DNA from: Squalus acanthias
Taxonomy: Eukaryota
Length of the DNA: 64,000 nt
Reading direction: 5' to 3'
NCBI GenBank assembly: GCA_030390025.1
Contig: CM059432.1
Location: 139,006,001 to 139,070,000 of the forward strand
Below, in pieces: positions 11,833-23,705 of the stretch. A program made the position numbers and the translations under genes. How positions within the stretch are numbered: position 1 is the first letter of the stretch; the number at the start of each line of letters is the position of its first letter. The notes under the pieces are model-generated. The model was given only the letters and a program-made list of their open reading frames with translations. It did no database searches and was not told where the DNA came from.

Positions 11833-13867
11833 GTTTTGGTATTACACCATGTGGTGAGTTTAATCGCTGAGCCGTCATGGAAGCCGGTTATTATTCTTTT
11901 GAATTTTTTTTTAGTTCTGATGGTATTCTCTGAAGTACTGGCTTTAAAGATTTGTTGATTCTGACAAGTGAAAGCGAGCTGCATTACCATCAGTTGATAA
12001 CAGCTGTGCGCACGTTATACTTGGAGTAATCCCTCCAAGTCATCTCCTGAAGATATCATCAAATTCACTGTTTAAATTTAAAAAAAACTGAAGTGGACAG
12101 GACCAAACAAATCCATATTAAGGCTAAACAGAATTCGTTGTCATGGCTTGATGTTTCAAACAATGGTCCTGATGATTTGCCCCCCTCTTTAAAGTTACTG
12201 CAGTGACATTTTGCCATTCAACTACAAATTACATCATGCAATTTGGCTTCACTGATGATCCTGAACATACCTATTTCTGAAGGAAATCCAGAAACTGAAA
12301 GCGAATGCTTCGTAAAAATCTCATTTTTTTGAATGTATTTTAAAGTGTTTCAATTGATGCATCTCTACTTACAGATGTACAGGTGAACGGTGCCATCAGT
12401 ATACATTTATTTATATAAAGGAACTGTTGAAAAGCTGGCAATTATTATGCTTGGCTGAAATCCATTGAGGAATTTTAGTTACTAAAGTGATATACAGCCT
12501 CTTATAGTTCTGTTAATAGACCACACAGAGGTTTCAAGGGTGCACATTTTGAACATATCCATTGTCCCATGAGAGGCGGATGTATATAATTTTATTAAAA
12601 TCAATCGAGACAGTTTTGAACTTAATGAGGTGATGCTCGTGTTTATGCAAACACAGTAGCATCACAAATTGATTTAACCCTAAATAAATTAATGATGATG
12701 ATATTCTTAAGGAGGACTGAGCATGTTTAATTGTTATTACACACTGAAAATTCCCATCGTTTTAGAATTTTAGCTTGTCTGGCGAAGTTTTCAACTTGGC
12801 TATTTTTAATGGCTCGTATACACCAAAAAAGAAACAAGAGGCTGGTGCGCAAAAGCCACCTTAAACCAAACTTTTAAGTAAAAAATAAAGAGAGAGATCA
12901 AAGAACCAAATGTTGTGTGAATTGTTTTGCAGCCTGCGAGGCTGACTGGAACTTGCAAGTCCAGAAATATAAACCTGAAAGCATCGTGCTGTTAAAACAG
13001 ATCATGTCAGCTGGACATCACTGCCCTTTACAACAAAAAAAAGCAAATGTTAAACTAGAAATGTGAGCAATGCTTGATCGAGAAGATTTTGAAAGTCAAT
13101 GAAAAGCCATGACTTTTCTGACGTGAATAGAACAAAAGAAAGACATGTAAATGTTACTGCAAACGCAAAATAGTTATTTCCTGATTCGATTTATTCAGTG
13201 CATTTGTCCACACTACTGCTCAAGACAAAGAAATTTAATGTCCAAGCTTCAGAATCATTAGCAGCTTATAAAAATAACAGATTCTCATGTTAAAAAGGCA
13301 GCAATTTGCCGCAATGGTTTAATTTCTCGCTGCAATACTTTGACACTATTTTCTTGCAGGCATTCAGTGGTATATTTTTCACAACAAATTACAATGATGG
13401 TTACAATGCTCTTTTTCCCTTTATTCTATTTGACACTCACAGCTATCGAGTTTCACAACAAGCCATCGGATTTAGCATGTCAAAAAGTTAGGAAACAGAA
13501 AAGGCCCCTTAAGCCCCCCAAGGTTGTTCTAAGTGTTATAATCGATGCATAGAGCTTGCTCAGGCCATTTCATTGCCCTCTGTCTTTGGTGCCTGTCTCA
13601 TACCCCTCTACTACACCCTGAATTTGGCCTATTTCTTTCTGTTGAATGCTTCAAGGGCACATTTATTAGCCTAGGTAGCAGCTTATTCTGTAAATAAATT
13701 CAAAGCGGTAACTAGTTATTCCTTGTGCAATGCTTAATTTGATGTTTCTTTAGCTTATAATTTCTCCTCACAATGACTCACGCTCATGGACTTAATGGTT
13801 TAAGAGCTTTTCTGCATCATTATTTCTCATAAGCCTTCTCCACATACTATTGACATTCTAGTTTCTA

Positions 13868-13982
13868 GTCTCCTACATTACAACAGTGACTACACTTCAA
13901 AAATAGTTCATTGGCGGTAAAGTACTTTGAGACTTCCCGAGATCATGAAAGGTGCTATATAAATGCAAGTTCTTTCTTTTTC
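13868..13982 (+). mobile_element. Deu-SINE 3' fragment
   Basis: tcctacattacaacagtgactacacttcaaaa...gctatataaatgcaagt. Confidence 0.8.
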
Positions 13983-14289
13983 TTCTTAAAGTAATTTGTT
14001 GCTATTCTTTTTTTTACATGATATGATTATGTTGCGACACTCTTTTTCATCATCACTCTCATTCTTGGTGGGATCAAGACCACATTTTTGTCGGTCAAAC
14101 ATCAGTTTGCTCACGCACTCTAGTTTCTTGCAAGAGTTTGCAATCTTCCTGTAGTTTTGCTCTCTTAGTGCAGCTGATCATTAGGGCCTTCTCATTTCTC
14201 CCAATGACATGCAATGCTAATAGTATTCATTTCCCATATCAATTCAGAGCAATCCTTGTGATGTTAACCTGTTGGATCTTGCAAAGAAC

Positions 14290-14712
14290 TGAGAGGTTAT
14301 ACTTATCAGGAAAGACTGAACAGGCTGGGGCTCTTTTCTCTAGAAATGAGAAGGGTGAGAGGTGACCTGATAGAGGTCTTTATGATTATGTAAGGGTAGA
14401 CGGAGAGAAGATGTTTCCACTTGTGGGGGAGACCAAAACTGGGGGCCATAAATATAAGATAGTCACCAATAAATCTAATAGGGAATTCAGAAGAAACTTG
14501 TTTACCCAGAGAGTGGTTAGAATGTGGAACTCGCTACCACATGGGAGTAGTTGAGGCGAATAGCATTTAAGGGGAAGCTGTATAAACATATGAGGGAGAA
14601 CGGAATAGAAGGTTGTGCTGATTGGGTTAGATGAAGAGGGTGGAGCATAAACACCAGCACGGACCAGTTAGGCCGAATGGCCTGTTTCTGTGCTGTTCAT
14701 TCTATGTAATTC
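14290..14712 (+). mobile_element. CR1 LINE 3' end
   Basis: GLFSLEMRRVRGDLIEV...FTQRVVRMWNSLP plus 3' UTR. Confidence 0.88.
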
Positions 14713-14713
14713 T

Positions 14714-15200
14714 TGCCTGGCTGAATGCAGCTGCAACAACACTCAAGAAGCTCGACACCATCCAGGACAAAGCAGCCCGCTTGATTGGCACCCCATCCAC
14801 CACCTTAAACATTCACTCCCTCCACCACTGGCGTACCGTGGCTGCAGTGTGTACCATCTACAAGATGCAGTGCAGCAACTCGCCAAGGTTTCTTCGGCAG
14901 CACCTCCCAAACCCGCGACCTCTTCTACCTAGAAGGACAAGGGCAGCAGACGCATGGGAACTCCACCACCTCCAGGTTCCCCTCCAAGTCACATACCATC
15001 CTGACTTGGAAATATATCGCCGTTCCTTCATCGTCGCTGGGTCAAAATCCTGGAACTCCCTCCCTAACAGCACTGTGAGAGTACCTTCACCACACGGACT
15101 GCAGCGGTTCAAGGCGGCGGCGCACCACCACCTTCTCAAGGGCAACTAGGGATGGACAATAAATGCTGGCCTTGCCAGCGACACCCAGATCCCATAAGCA
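14714..15200 (+). mobile_element. Non-LTR retrotransposon 3' end (third LINE family, clade unassigned)
   Basis: LKKLDTIQDKAARLIG...LHHWRTVAAVCTIYKM...KSWNSLPN LINE ORF2 C-terminus; second copy at 21588-21940. Confidence 0.8.
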
Positions 15201-15849
15201 AAGGTTCTTTATCTTCCTGCCCTATTTGCCCCCTCCTTCTCTCCTGAAAACACTAAAGCTGGCCAGGGGATCCTTCTACATGCACAGCTCTTCAGTACCA
15301 TGCCAAATGGTCAATTCTTCACATGTGATACTGGACAATGAGTGCTGGCAACCACTTCCACCATGGAAGCCTTCGCAACTGATAATGTCAGCACCTAATG
15401 ACCACACATGTTCCAGCTTTTCAGATCAATTCACTGCAACTCCCATTTCTTGCAAGAATTCGTCACAAAACTGGTTTATCACAGGAGTACCCAAAATTAA
15501 CAATGCACCACAGGATGTAATTTTTAACCATTTGATGCCAATAATATTAAGAAACTAACTGAACTCACTATCATTCCCAAACACCATTATATACTACAAT
15601 CACTTCTTATTTACAGTTAGTAGTCACAGATGAAGCAATCGACCAAATGTAAAGTACTATTCTAATATCTACCAGAAATAAAAAAATCACTTCTGGCATA
15701 AATTGAATATTTCATTAAAAGAGTTAGCACTATAGATTTAGCTTTGTTTCGACCTATTCTTCAATAGTCTGTTGCTTTTGCTCAATAATCTTCATCACTC
15801 TTAAGAAAAGGTGAAATATTTACTATGTTGACTAGCATTGTACCACTAC

Positions 15850-16052
15850 AGCAACAACTTGCATTTATATAGCGCCTTTAACGTAGTTAAAACATCCCAA
15901 GACAGGACTAGTGACCAAAGAGGTAGGTTTAAAGGAGCATCTTAAAGGAGGAGAGAGAAGTAGGGAGGCAGAGAGGTTTAGGAAGGGAATTCCAGAGTTT
16001 AGGGCCTAGACAGCTGAAGGCGCAGCCACCAATGGTGGGGCGATGGAAATCA
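15850..16052 (-). mobile_element. L2 LINE 3' end
   Basis: caacaacttgcatttatatagcgcc...gggaattccagag...cagctgaaggc. Confidence 0.8.
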
Positions 16053-16553
16053 ATAAAAATAAAATAATAAAAAACAAATACACATTTTTTTAAAAAATCT
16101 GCTTTTCATTTACACAAATGGTGGAAAATAAGCTAAGTTTCTCCCTCTCTCCTCAGTTTCTACAAGGAGGTACTTACACTATTTTAAAGGCATTCTGTCA
16201 ATATTTTCTCCCACATACAAGAATGACCAGGTCTTAGTATTGGTGTTTCAAAAGCATGTTTCTTGCCTATCTATCACTTTCTGTCTAACCCATTCGGGGA
16301 GAAAGAACTTTGTAAGATCTAATAGGTTAAGCGTTTTCTATTATATATGATAGATGTCTAGGAAAGAGTTACAAGGAAGTAATTCTATCAAAGCATTCAG
16401 ATGATGGCATATGCTGGGATAATAGTACAAGAGCAACATATTGTTATCGGAACAAGATGGAATTACTGCCTTGTATATGACTCCTAGATCTCTATTATTT
16501 CATATCAACTAATAATAAGAAAACTTGAAGTATTAGATATTCATTATAGTTTA

Positions 16554-17010
16554 GTTAGCCGTGGCTCAGTGGGTAGCACTCTCGTCTCTGAATCAGAAGG
16601 TTGTGTGTTCAAATCCTACTCGAGAGACTTGAGCACAAAAATGTAGGCTGACACTCTTAGCAGTGCTAAGGGAGTGCTACACTGTCGGAGGTGCCGTCTT
16701 TCAGATGAGACGTTAAACTGAGGCTCCATCTCCTCTCACAGGTGGATATAAACGATCCCATGGCACGATTTCAAAGAAGAGCAAGGGAGTTCTCCCCGGT
16801 GTCCTGGCCAATATTTATCCCTCAATCAACATCACTAAAAAACAGATTATCTGGTCATTATCACATTGTTGTTTGTGGGAGCTTGCTGTGCACAAATTGG
16901 CTACCGCATTTCCTACATTACAACAGTGACTACACTTCAGAAAGTACTTCATTGGCTGTAAAGTGCTTCGGGTCGTGAAAGGCGCTATATAAATGCAAGT
17001 CTTTCTTTTA
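16554..17010 (+). mobile_element. Full-length Deu-domain tRNA SINE
   Basis: Collinear with 11373-11832. Confidence 0.9.
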
Positions 17011-20000
17011 CTTTTTCATTTGGAGATTTTTTCCAGTCGTGTCGGGAAGGTGAAGAATCATGCCAAACTGATATCGGTAAAATACAAAAGAGTATGGGAG
17101 AATATGTTTGACCTGAAGAAGGATCTGTTGCTTCAGAGGGAATATAAGTAAACCCCTACCCACTTGCGATATCGAAGGTGAACCAATAAGGTCACCAGTT
17201 TCATTCAGAATCTCAAATGGTGCCGAGAGTTTCTATGAATGTAACTTGCTTAAACAATGAAACCGTTTGAATAGAACAAAACATTTGCAAACAGAACTGG
17301 AGAAAAAGTTGAGTGTAATTGGATCAGACTGTAGCATCCTCCAACACATCCGCTCACATCCAATCCCATCCTCGCACTGCCATTCCCTCAAGCCACTACA
17401 AAGCTGCTCGAAGCAGCGACCACCATCCACCTTGGAGATAGTGACTGCGACCCTTCCGGAGGCCAACACTACCCTCCTTTAAAACAGAACGGGCATTATA
17501 AAAACACCTTCAAATCACCAGCAATTACTTATGATTTTCTGAAAGTCTACACACCTAATTATGGTGCATCATATTTGTCATGTCTATACAATTTTTTTTT
17601 TTTTTAAACTGAAAGGGGAATAAACAGTCGCTCCCCTATCTAAATATTAATCTTTGTTTGCTTGCACACCGTGACAAATTGAAAACTACTACTGCGCATT
17701 ACAACGTATTAATGGTTCTATTATAAATTGGTCATTTTTTAAGAGACACAAAAGTCTATGCTTCTGAGGTCACTTCTGGTACTTGTTTATTGTGTCTGCT
17801 AACCAATATGGTGACACCACGAGTTCGACCACTGTTTATTGGTGGCAAGATTAAAAGTGGCTGGTGAACATAAACTAAGTGATATTCAGACATTTATTGA
17901 CTGCCTTCAACACTAACCCACAAGCAGACATCTGATCTTATAATACCTTCCATTTACTGAGGTACACATATTGCGTTGCTTACATGCCATTGTAAGCTCT
18001 CTATACACCGTGCGTTTTATCAGTTCATCACAAGAGTTGGCAATTAGCTATAGCAAAATTAATACTTTTCATTTAAATATCGCTGAATGGTGTCTGCATT
18101 TAACAAGTCAGTGGTGAACTGCCGTCCCCTTTTCACAGTCATGTGTTTGACTGTTCAGACTTTGTCTTGGGAAGGTGATATCAAGGTACAATGCTATGAA
18201 TTTTGTTGCTGCAAAGTCTACTGCTTTCAGTCCCAAAATGCAAAACAGGCTAAAATTACCCTGCAATGTCGTCTGTTGATCTCCTAACGGCCAACAAATT
18301 TTCCTTAGTATTAAAAAAAAAACCATGCAAATTAAGGAGACTGAAACATGCTTTCAGCGATTGCTGTAATATGGTAGCTATTCATCACCTGAAGTCATAA
18401 ACCACTAGGTCCTGTCCTTAGCATATTCTAATGAAGCCTATCATGCAAATTAGACTGACCTTTTCTGTGCATTCTGCAAGTTCAAATTTATGCAAGGAGT
18501 ATATATAGTTTGCCAATACAAACTAGCCAAAGTCTGCGTAATTACAGTAATCAATTAGTAGTTAGTGTCTCTCTGCTCATTTGCAGCTAATGTCAGGCGA
18601 ACCATTTTGAAGAGAGCCAGTCCAGACAGCTTATCTTTCATCGCGCTGCAAACGACAAAAACCACAACTTAACGTCTGTCAATTCTCTCAAAATGGCAGC
18701 AGGTGGTGTCCATCTAACTGACGCAGATTTGAGATTAGTGTGTGTTTATCAAGATTCAAAGAAGACGGTGCATTTTCTTACCGAACTGTTCTAACTGCAA
18801 AATGAAACATTAATATTTAAGTATTCAAGCGCATGAATTTCTCCCATGAGGAAGCTGCGACTATCAGCAAGACGAGGCAAAACTTAGGTGCACTTCACAA
18901 CGGATGAGTAAACAGGCCATACCCTCTGCTCGGTAACAGTCTATTTTGCAGACAGTAATGGATAGGAAACATTACTAGAGCTGGTAATTAAAGTAAAACT
19001 AATACTGTCTCTTGGATGGGGATTTTTCTTAGGGAGAAACCATTTATCACTAACTCACAGTCTTCACTCCCAACCTGGAATGAATTATACACTTAGTGCA
19101 AACCTTTGCTTCGTTTGCTTAATACCCGGTGGAACAGAAATTCATCTTTTTTCCCTCTCATTTTGGTTTCATTAATTTTTTTTCCTCGATGCTGTGCCTT
19201 GACAGTATTTCTGCAGCAAAAATACCTCAAATGTTTACCCATATCCTTATTGTATGGCATATCGTCCATAATCCAACTCATTTTTCAAAAGAGGGAAAAA
19301 AAGGTTGCATATTCTTGATGTATATTTGATAAAAAAAAACAAAATGATCCAAAGATGACCTCTAGAAAATATCCTGAGAAAATTAAAACAATCACACATG
19401 AACATGATCCTACCAATTCAAACTAGTGAAATAAGCAGTTTAAAAGGAATGAAGACTAAAATCAGTCACAAAATACTGGATAGGAGTACTTAAAGCATCT
19501 ATTTAATAATTTAACAGAATTAATGTACAATTCTCAAATCCCCTGCTGTGCATGCTGGGCTTGAGATTTAGGGCAAAGCCGAGAGCTAATTGTTCTCAAT
19601 TCAGCACCAATAGTTCCCGTATTCCTTTTTTGAGTACATTTTACTCACACTCAAGTCAAGCCTTAAAATAATGTAGAAATTATTCTTTGCAATAAATGGC
19701 GGCACTGCCACTGCTCCGAGCTCCTACCATTCCAGCTATGGAATGCCTGAAGTCAAGTTCGACACACAATCATAAAATCCTGCAGGATCTTTCCATCAGG
19801 TTTCCCGGACGGTCAATACAATGGAGGAACAGACACAAATTCCCCGATTTGGTGTTTTTTCCTAAATGAACCGACTGCACTTTTCAGAAAACATGCTCCG
19901 TATTTTGTCCTGATTTGTAAATTCACTCTCTGTTTTGTAGCGCAGCAGTTAAGATGTTGGTCTCATGCTATCTGACTCTACTATCCACACTGAAGGGTAA

Positions 20001-20419
20001 TTTTGTCACTTCTCGCGCAGTTCGTTCATCTTAATGAGACAGCAGCAAGACAAAAAAGTTATGCTTTTTGTATATGTAAATTTTGTGCACAAAGTGAGGG
20101 ACCCTGATTGTTATTTCAAAGTACACCAGTAAAGAAGGACCAGGCGATATAGATGGAGATTAATGAAAAGCAAATTTGGAGCAGATATCAGGGAAAATGT
20201 ATTTATTCAAGACATTTAGCACTCCTTTAACAATGTACCAAGCAAGGTAACAGAGGAAAAGAATCATTGGGTTTATTCAAAATAATATTAGATGCCGTGA
20301 TGCGAGAGTTAATGTACTAGAGGGATGAGCTTCGATGGGCTGAACAGTCTTTCATCCCCTCCCCCATTTGCCAGCCCCTAAACTTGCTTTAAAATCTGTT
20401 CCGTTTCCTGCTTTTTTCC

Positions 20420-20523
20420 AGTTCTGACGAAAGGTCTTCGACCTGAAACGTTAACTCTGTTTCTCTCTTCACGGATGCTGCCTGGCCTGCTGAGTTTTTC
20501 CAGCGTTTTCTGTTGTTATTTCA
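20420..20523 (+). mobile_element. Penelope-like terminal repeat fragment
   Basis: ctgacgaaaggtcttcgacctgaaacgttaactctgtttctctc...gatgctgcctg; second copy at 21290-21410. The ctga-gaa...gaaac pattern resembles the hammerhead-type core known in Penelope termini. Confidence 0.6.
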
Positions 20524-20689
20524 GTCTTTCCCTATCCCTGACGTTGCTTATGTTCTTATGATAACTGCCTGAGGAAATGGAACATTTACCCACTTTGCAT
20601 TAATGACATCAAGCACTCCTGTGACGCGCCTCGTGACGTTTTTACTACATGGTGGAGCAGTTAAATCGGGGATGCACAAGATTTCTCAA

Positions 20690-20932
20690 CTATCCCAAGG
20701 TGCTTAACAAGAGCATTATCGATAAAAAGATTTTTGACACCGAGCCACAGAAGGAGATATCTCGACAGATGACCAAAAGCTTGGTCAAAGAGGCAGGTTT
20801 TAAGAAGCATCTTAAAAGGAGGAGAGAGAGAGAGAGGTGGAGAGGCGGAGGGGTTTAGGGGAGGGAATTCCTGAGCTTAGGGCCAAGGCAGCTGAAAGCA
20901 CGGTGGCCAATGGTGGAGCGATTAAAATCGGA
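20690..20932 (-). mobile_element. L2 LINE 3' fragment
   Basis: gaccaaaagcttggtcaaagagg...gggaattcc...cagctgaa. Confidence 0.8.
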
Positions 20933-20954
20933 ATTACCCACACCATGAACTAAA

Positions 20955-21070
20955 TATTCCTACATTGCAACAGTGACCACACTTCAAAAATATTCATTGG
21001 CTGTGAAGCACTTTGGGACGTCCTGAGGTTGTGAAAAGCACTATAGAAATGGAAGTTCCTTCTTTTCTTT
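20955..21070 (+). mobile_element. Deu-SINE 3' fragment
   Basis: ttcctacattgcaacagtgacc...ctttgggacgtcctgaggttgtgaaa. Confidence 0.8.
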
Positions 21071-21289
21071 TTTCTACTTTGGAATTAATTAGCAGTGAAT
21101 TGTAGGGTGTTTTCAGCTATTGCTGTTCTATCACACTTGATTTTCAGTTCCCAGGTAGAACAATGCAAATGTGGCACCAAGATAAATCAAAGCGATGTGT
21201 GGACACAGGGCTTCAAACTGTGCCAGCAGAAGTGAAACCTTTCTAAGGATGTGCCGGTCTTCATCAGGAACAAACACTACATAATGAAA

Positions 21290-21410
21290 GACCGACCTGA
21301 AACGTTAACTCTGTTTCTCTCTGTACAGATGCTGCCTGACCTGCTGAGTATTTCCAGCATTTACTGTTTTTATTTCAGATTTCCAGCATCTGCAATATTT
21401 TGCTTTTATT
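21290..21410 (+). mobile_element. Penelope-like terminal repeat fragment
   Basis: cgacctgaaacgttaactctgtttctctc...gatgctgcctgacctgctgagtatttccagc, matching 20420-20523. Confidence 0.6.
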
Positions 21411-21587
21411 CTTTTGCGTTTTAATCTTCTGTGTTCCTTTTCTCATGTGAGTTACTTACTTTTGAAATTCCTTTGCTTGCTAGTGTAGTATTATTAATTT
21501 CCTAAAGCAAATGTTCTCACTATTCCCGCTAAGTCTGTGGGTTATTCAGTATAAGGGTTGAAACAAATCAGGAAGTCTGTGCACTTG

Positions 21588-21940
21588 TCAGCAGTGTGTA
21601 CCATCTACAAGATACTGCAGCAACTCGCCACGGTTTCTTCAACAGCACCTCCCAAACCCCGCGACCTCTACCACCTAAAAAGACAAGGGCAGCAGGCGCA
21701 TGGGAACACCACCACCTCCAGGTTCCCCTCCAAGTCACACACCATCCTGACTTGGAAATATATCGCCGTTCCTTCATCGTCGCTGGGTCAAAATCCTGGA
21801 ACTCCCTCCCTAACAGCACTGTGGGAGTACCTTCACCACACAACCTGCAGCGGTTCAAGAAGGTGGGGGCAATTAGGGAATGGCAATAAATGCCTGCCTT
21901 GCCAGCGACGCCCACATCTCATGAATGTATAAAAAAAAAA
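21588..21940 (+). mobile_element. Non-LTR retrotransposon 3' end, same family as 14714-15200
   Basis: Near-identical to about 14843-15200; ends in an A-run. Confidence 0.82.
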
Positions 21941-22153
21941 CTTGAATTCCAAACCTCAGCACTGCAGCAACAGCAACACAAGAGGAGCAGATCGAGCACA
22001 GTGACAACCTGCTCTCTCTGGGAATGCTGCTGGCTGCACGGTGTCTGTGCAGAGGGAGGTGTTAAATTAGTCTCTGACGGTTAATATTTAGGAAAAGTTC
22101 ATAGTAAAAATGGCTATTTAAAATAAGGAGGATAGTCCTGATTTAAAAAAAAT

Positions 22154-22584
22154 AAAGACTTACATTTATACAGCGCCTTTCACAACCTCAGGACGTTCAA
22201 AAGTGCTTTACAGCCAATGAAGTAATTTTGAAATGTAGTAATGTAGGAAACGCGGCAGCCAATTTGTGCACAGCAAGCTCCCACAAACAGCAGTGAGATA
22301 ATGACCAGATAATCTGTTGTTTTTTTAGGTATTGGTTAAGGAATAAATGTTGGCCAGGACACTCCCCTGCTCTTCTTCGAAATAGTTCCATGGGATCTTT
22401 TATGTCCACCTGAGAGGGCAGACGGGGCCTCGGTTTAATGTCTCATCTGAAAGACTCCACCTCCGATAGTGTAGCACTCCCTCAATACTGCACTGGGATT
22501 TTGTGCTTAAGTTTATGTAATGGGACTTGAACCCACGACCTTCTGACTCAGAAGCAAGAGTTCTACCACTGAGCCACAGCTGAC
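22154..22584 (-). mobile_element. Near full-length Deu-domain SINE
   Basis: Reverse complement of 11373-11832 with small deletions. Confidence 0.9.
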
Positions 22585-22814
22585 ACCATAGCTGAGTATG
22601 AGGCATTTTATGAACACACAACTCAGGACTCAAAGAATCTGCTGCATATTGCAGTTTTGTATACTAATTATTATTACTGGCTTGTAGTTTTAACTTGCAG
22701 TTAAATTTTTTACTCTCCTTGTATCTAGATATACTCTGATTGTTGTCCTTATTTAAAAATAATTTTGCAGCAAATTCTTTGTGAAGAATTAACAACAACT
22801 CTGGGGGGCGAAAT

Positions 22815-23047
22815 GAGGAGATTTTGTTTACGCAGCGAGTTGTTGTGATCTGGAATGCGCTACCTGTAAAGGAGTTGGAAGCAGACTGAATAGTAACTTT
22901 CAAAAGGGAATTGAGTATCTACTTGATAAGGAGAAATTTGCAGGGCTATGGGGAAAAAGTAGTGGGGCTAATTGGACGGCTCTTTCAAAGAGCCGGCACA
23001 GGCATGATGGGCCGAATGGCCTCCTTCTGCGCTGTTTGATTCTATGA
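22815..23047 (+). mobile_element. CR1 LINE 3' end
   Basis: FTQRVVVIWNALP; gggccgaatggcctccttctgcgctg...ttctatg tail. Confidence 0.85.
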
Positions 23048-23329
23048 AACTACTAAAATTTACTACAAGTTAGCAACTTGATTCCATGCAGCAGTTAAAT
23101 TTTCCCCTACCCAACCATCAAAGGAGAGAATCTGTAGCAATTTTCCAAAGAATAACATTCTTCAGTCTATAGCATCAAAGGTTTGGGCACCGTGGTTAAG
23201 AAACTTGATGTTAGGTGCTCACTGAATTAATGAATAGCAACCTTTATTAATAAGGGAAGTCAATAGGTCCAACACCATAACAAAATCAATATTGGTTGCT
23301 ACTTTCTGGCTTTCTGGCAGTAGTGCTTA

Positions 23330-23705
23330 CATAAGAACATAAGAAATAGGAGCAGGAGTCGGCCATTTGGCCCTTCGAGCCTGCTCCGCCATTCAATAAG
23401 ATCATGGCTGATCTTCTACCTCAATTCCAGTTTCCCGTACTATTCCCATATCCCTTGATTCCCTTAATATTCAAAAAATCTATCGATCTCTGTCTTGAAT
23501 ATACTCAACGACTGAGCCTCCACAGCCCTCTGAGGTAGAGAATTCCAAAGATTCACCACCCTCTGAGTGAAGAAATTTCTCCTCATCTCAGTCCTAAATA
23601 ACCGACCCCTTATTCTGAGACTGTGACCCCTGGTTCTAGACTCCCCAGCCAGGGGAAACATCCTCCCTGCATCTACCCTGTCAAGCCCTGTCAGAATTTT
23701 GTATG
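23330..23705 (-). mobile_element. CR1 LINE 3' end
   Basis: MFPLAGESRTRGHSLRIRGRLFRTEMRRNFFTQRVVNLWNSLP; (cataagaa)n tail. Confidence 0.9.

Noticed and set aside
17040..17480. Possible Penelope-like 5' fragment
   Set aside because: Resemblance too weak to call without a search.
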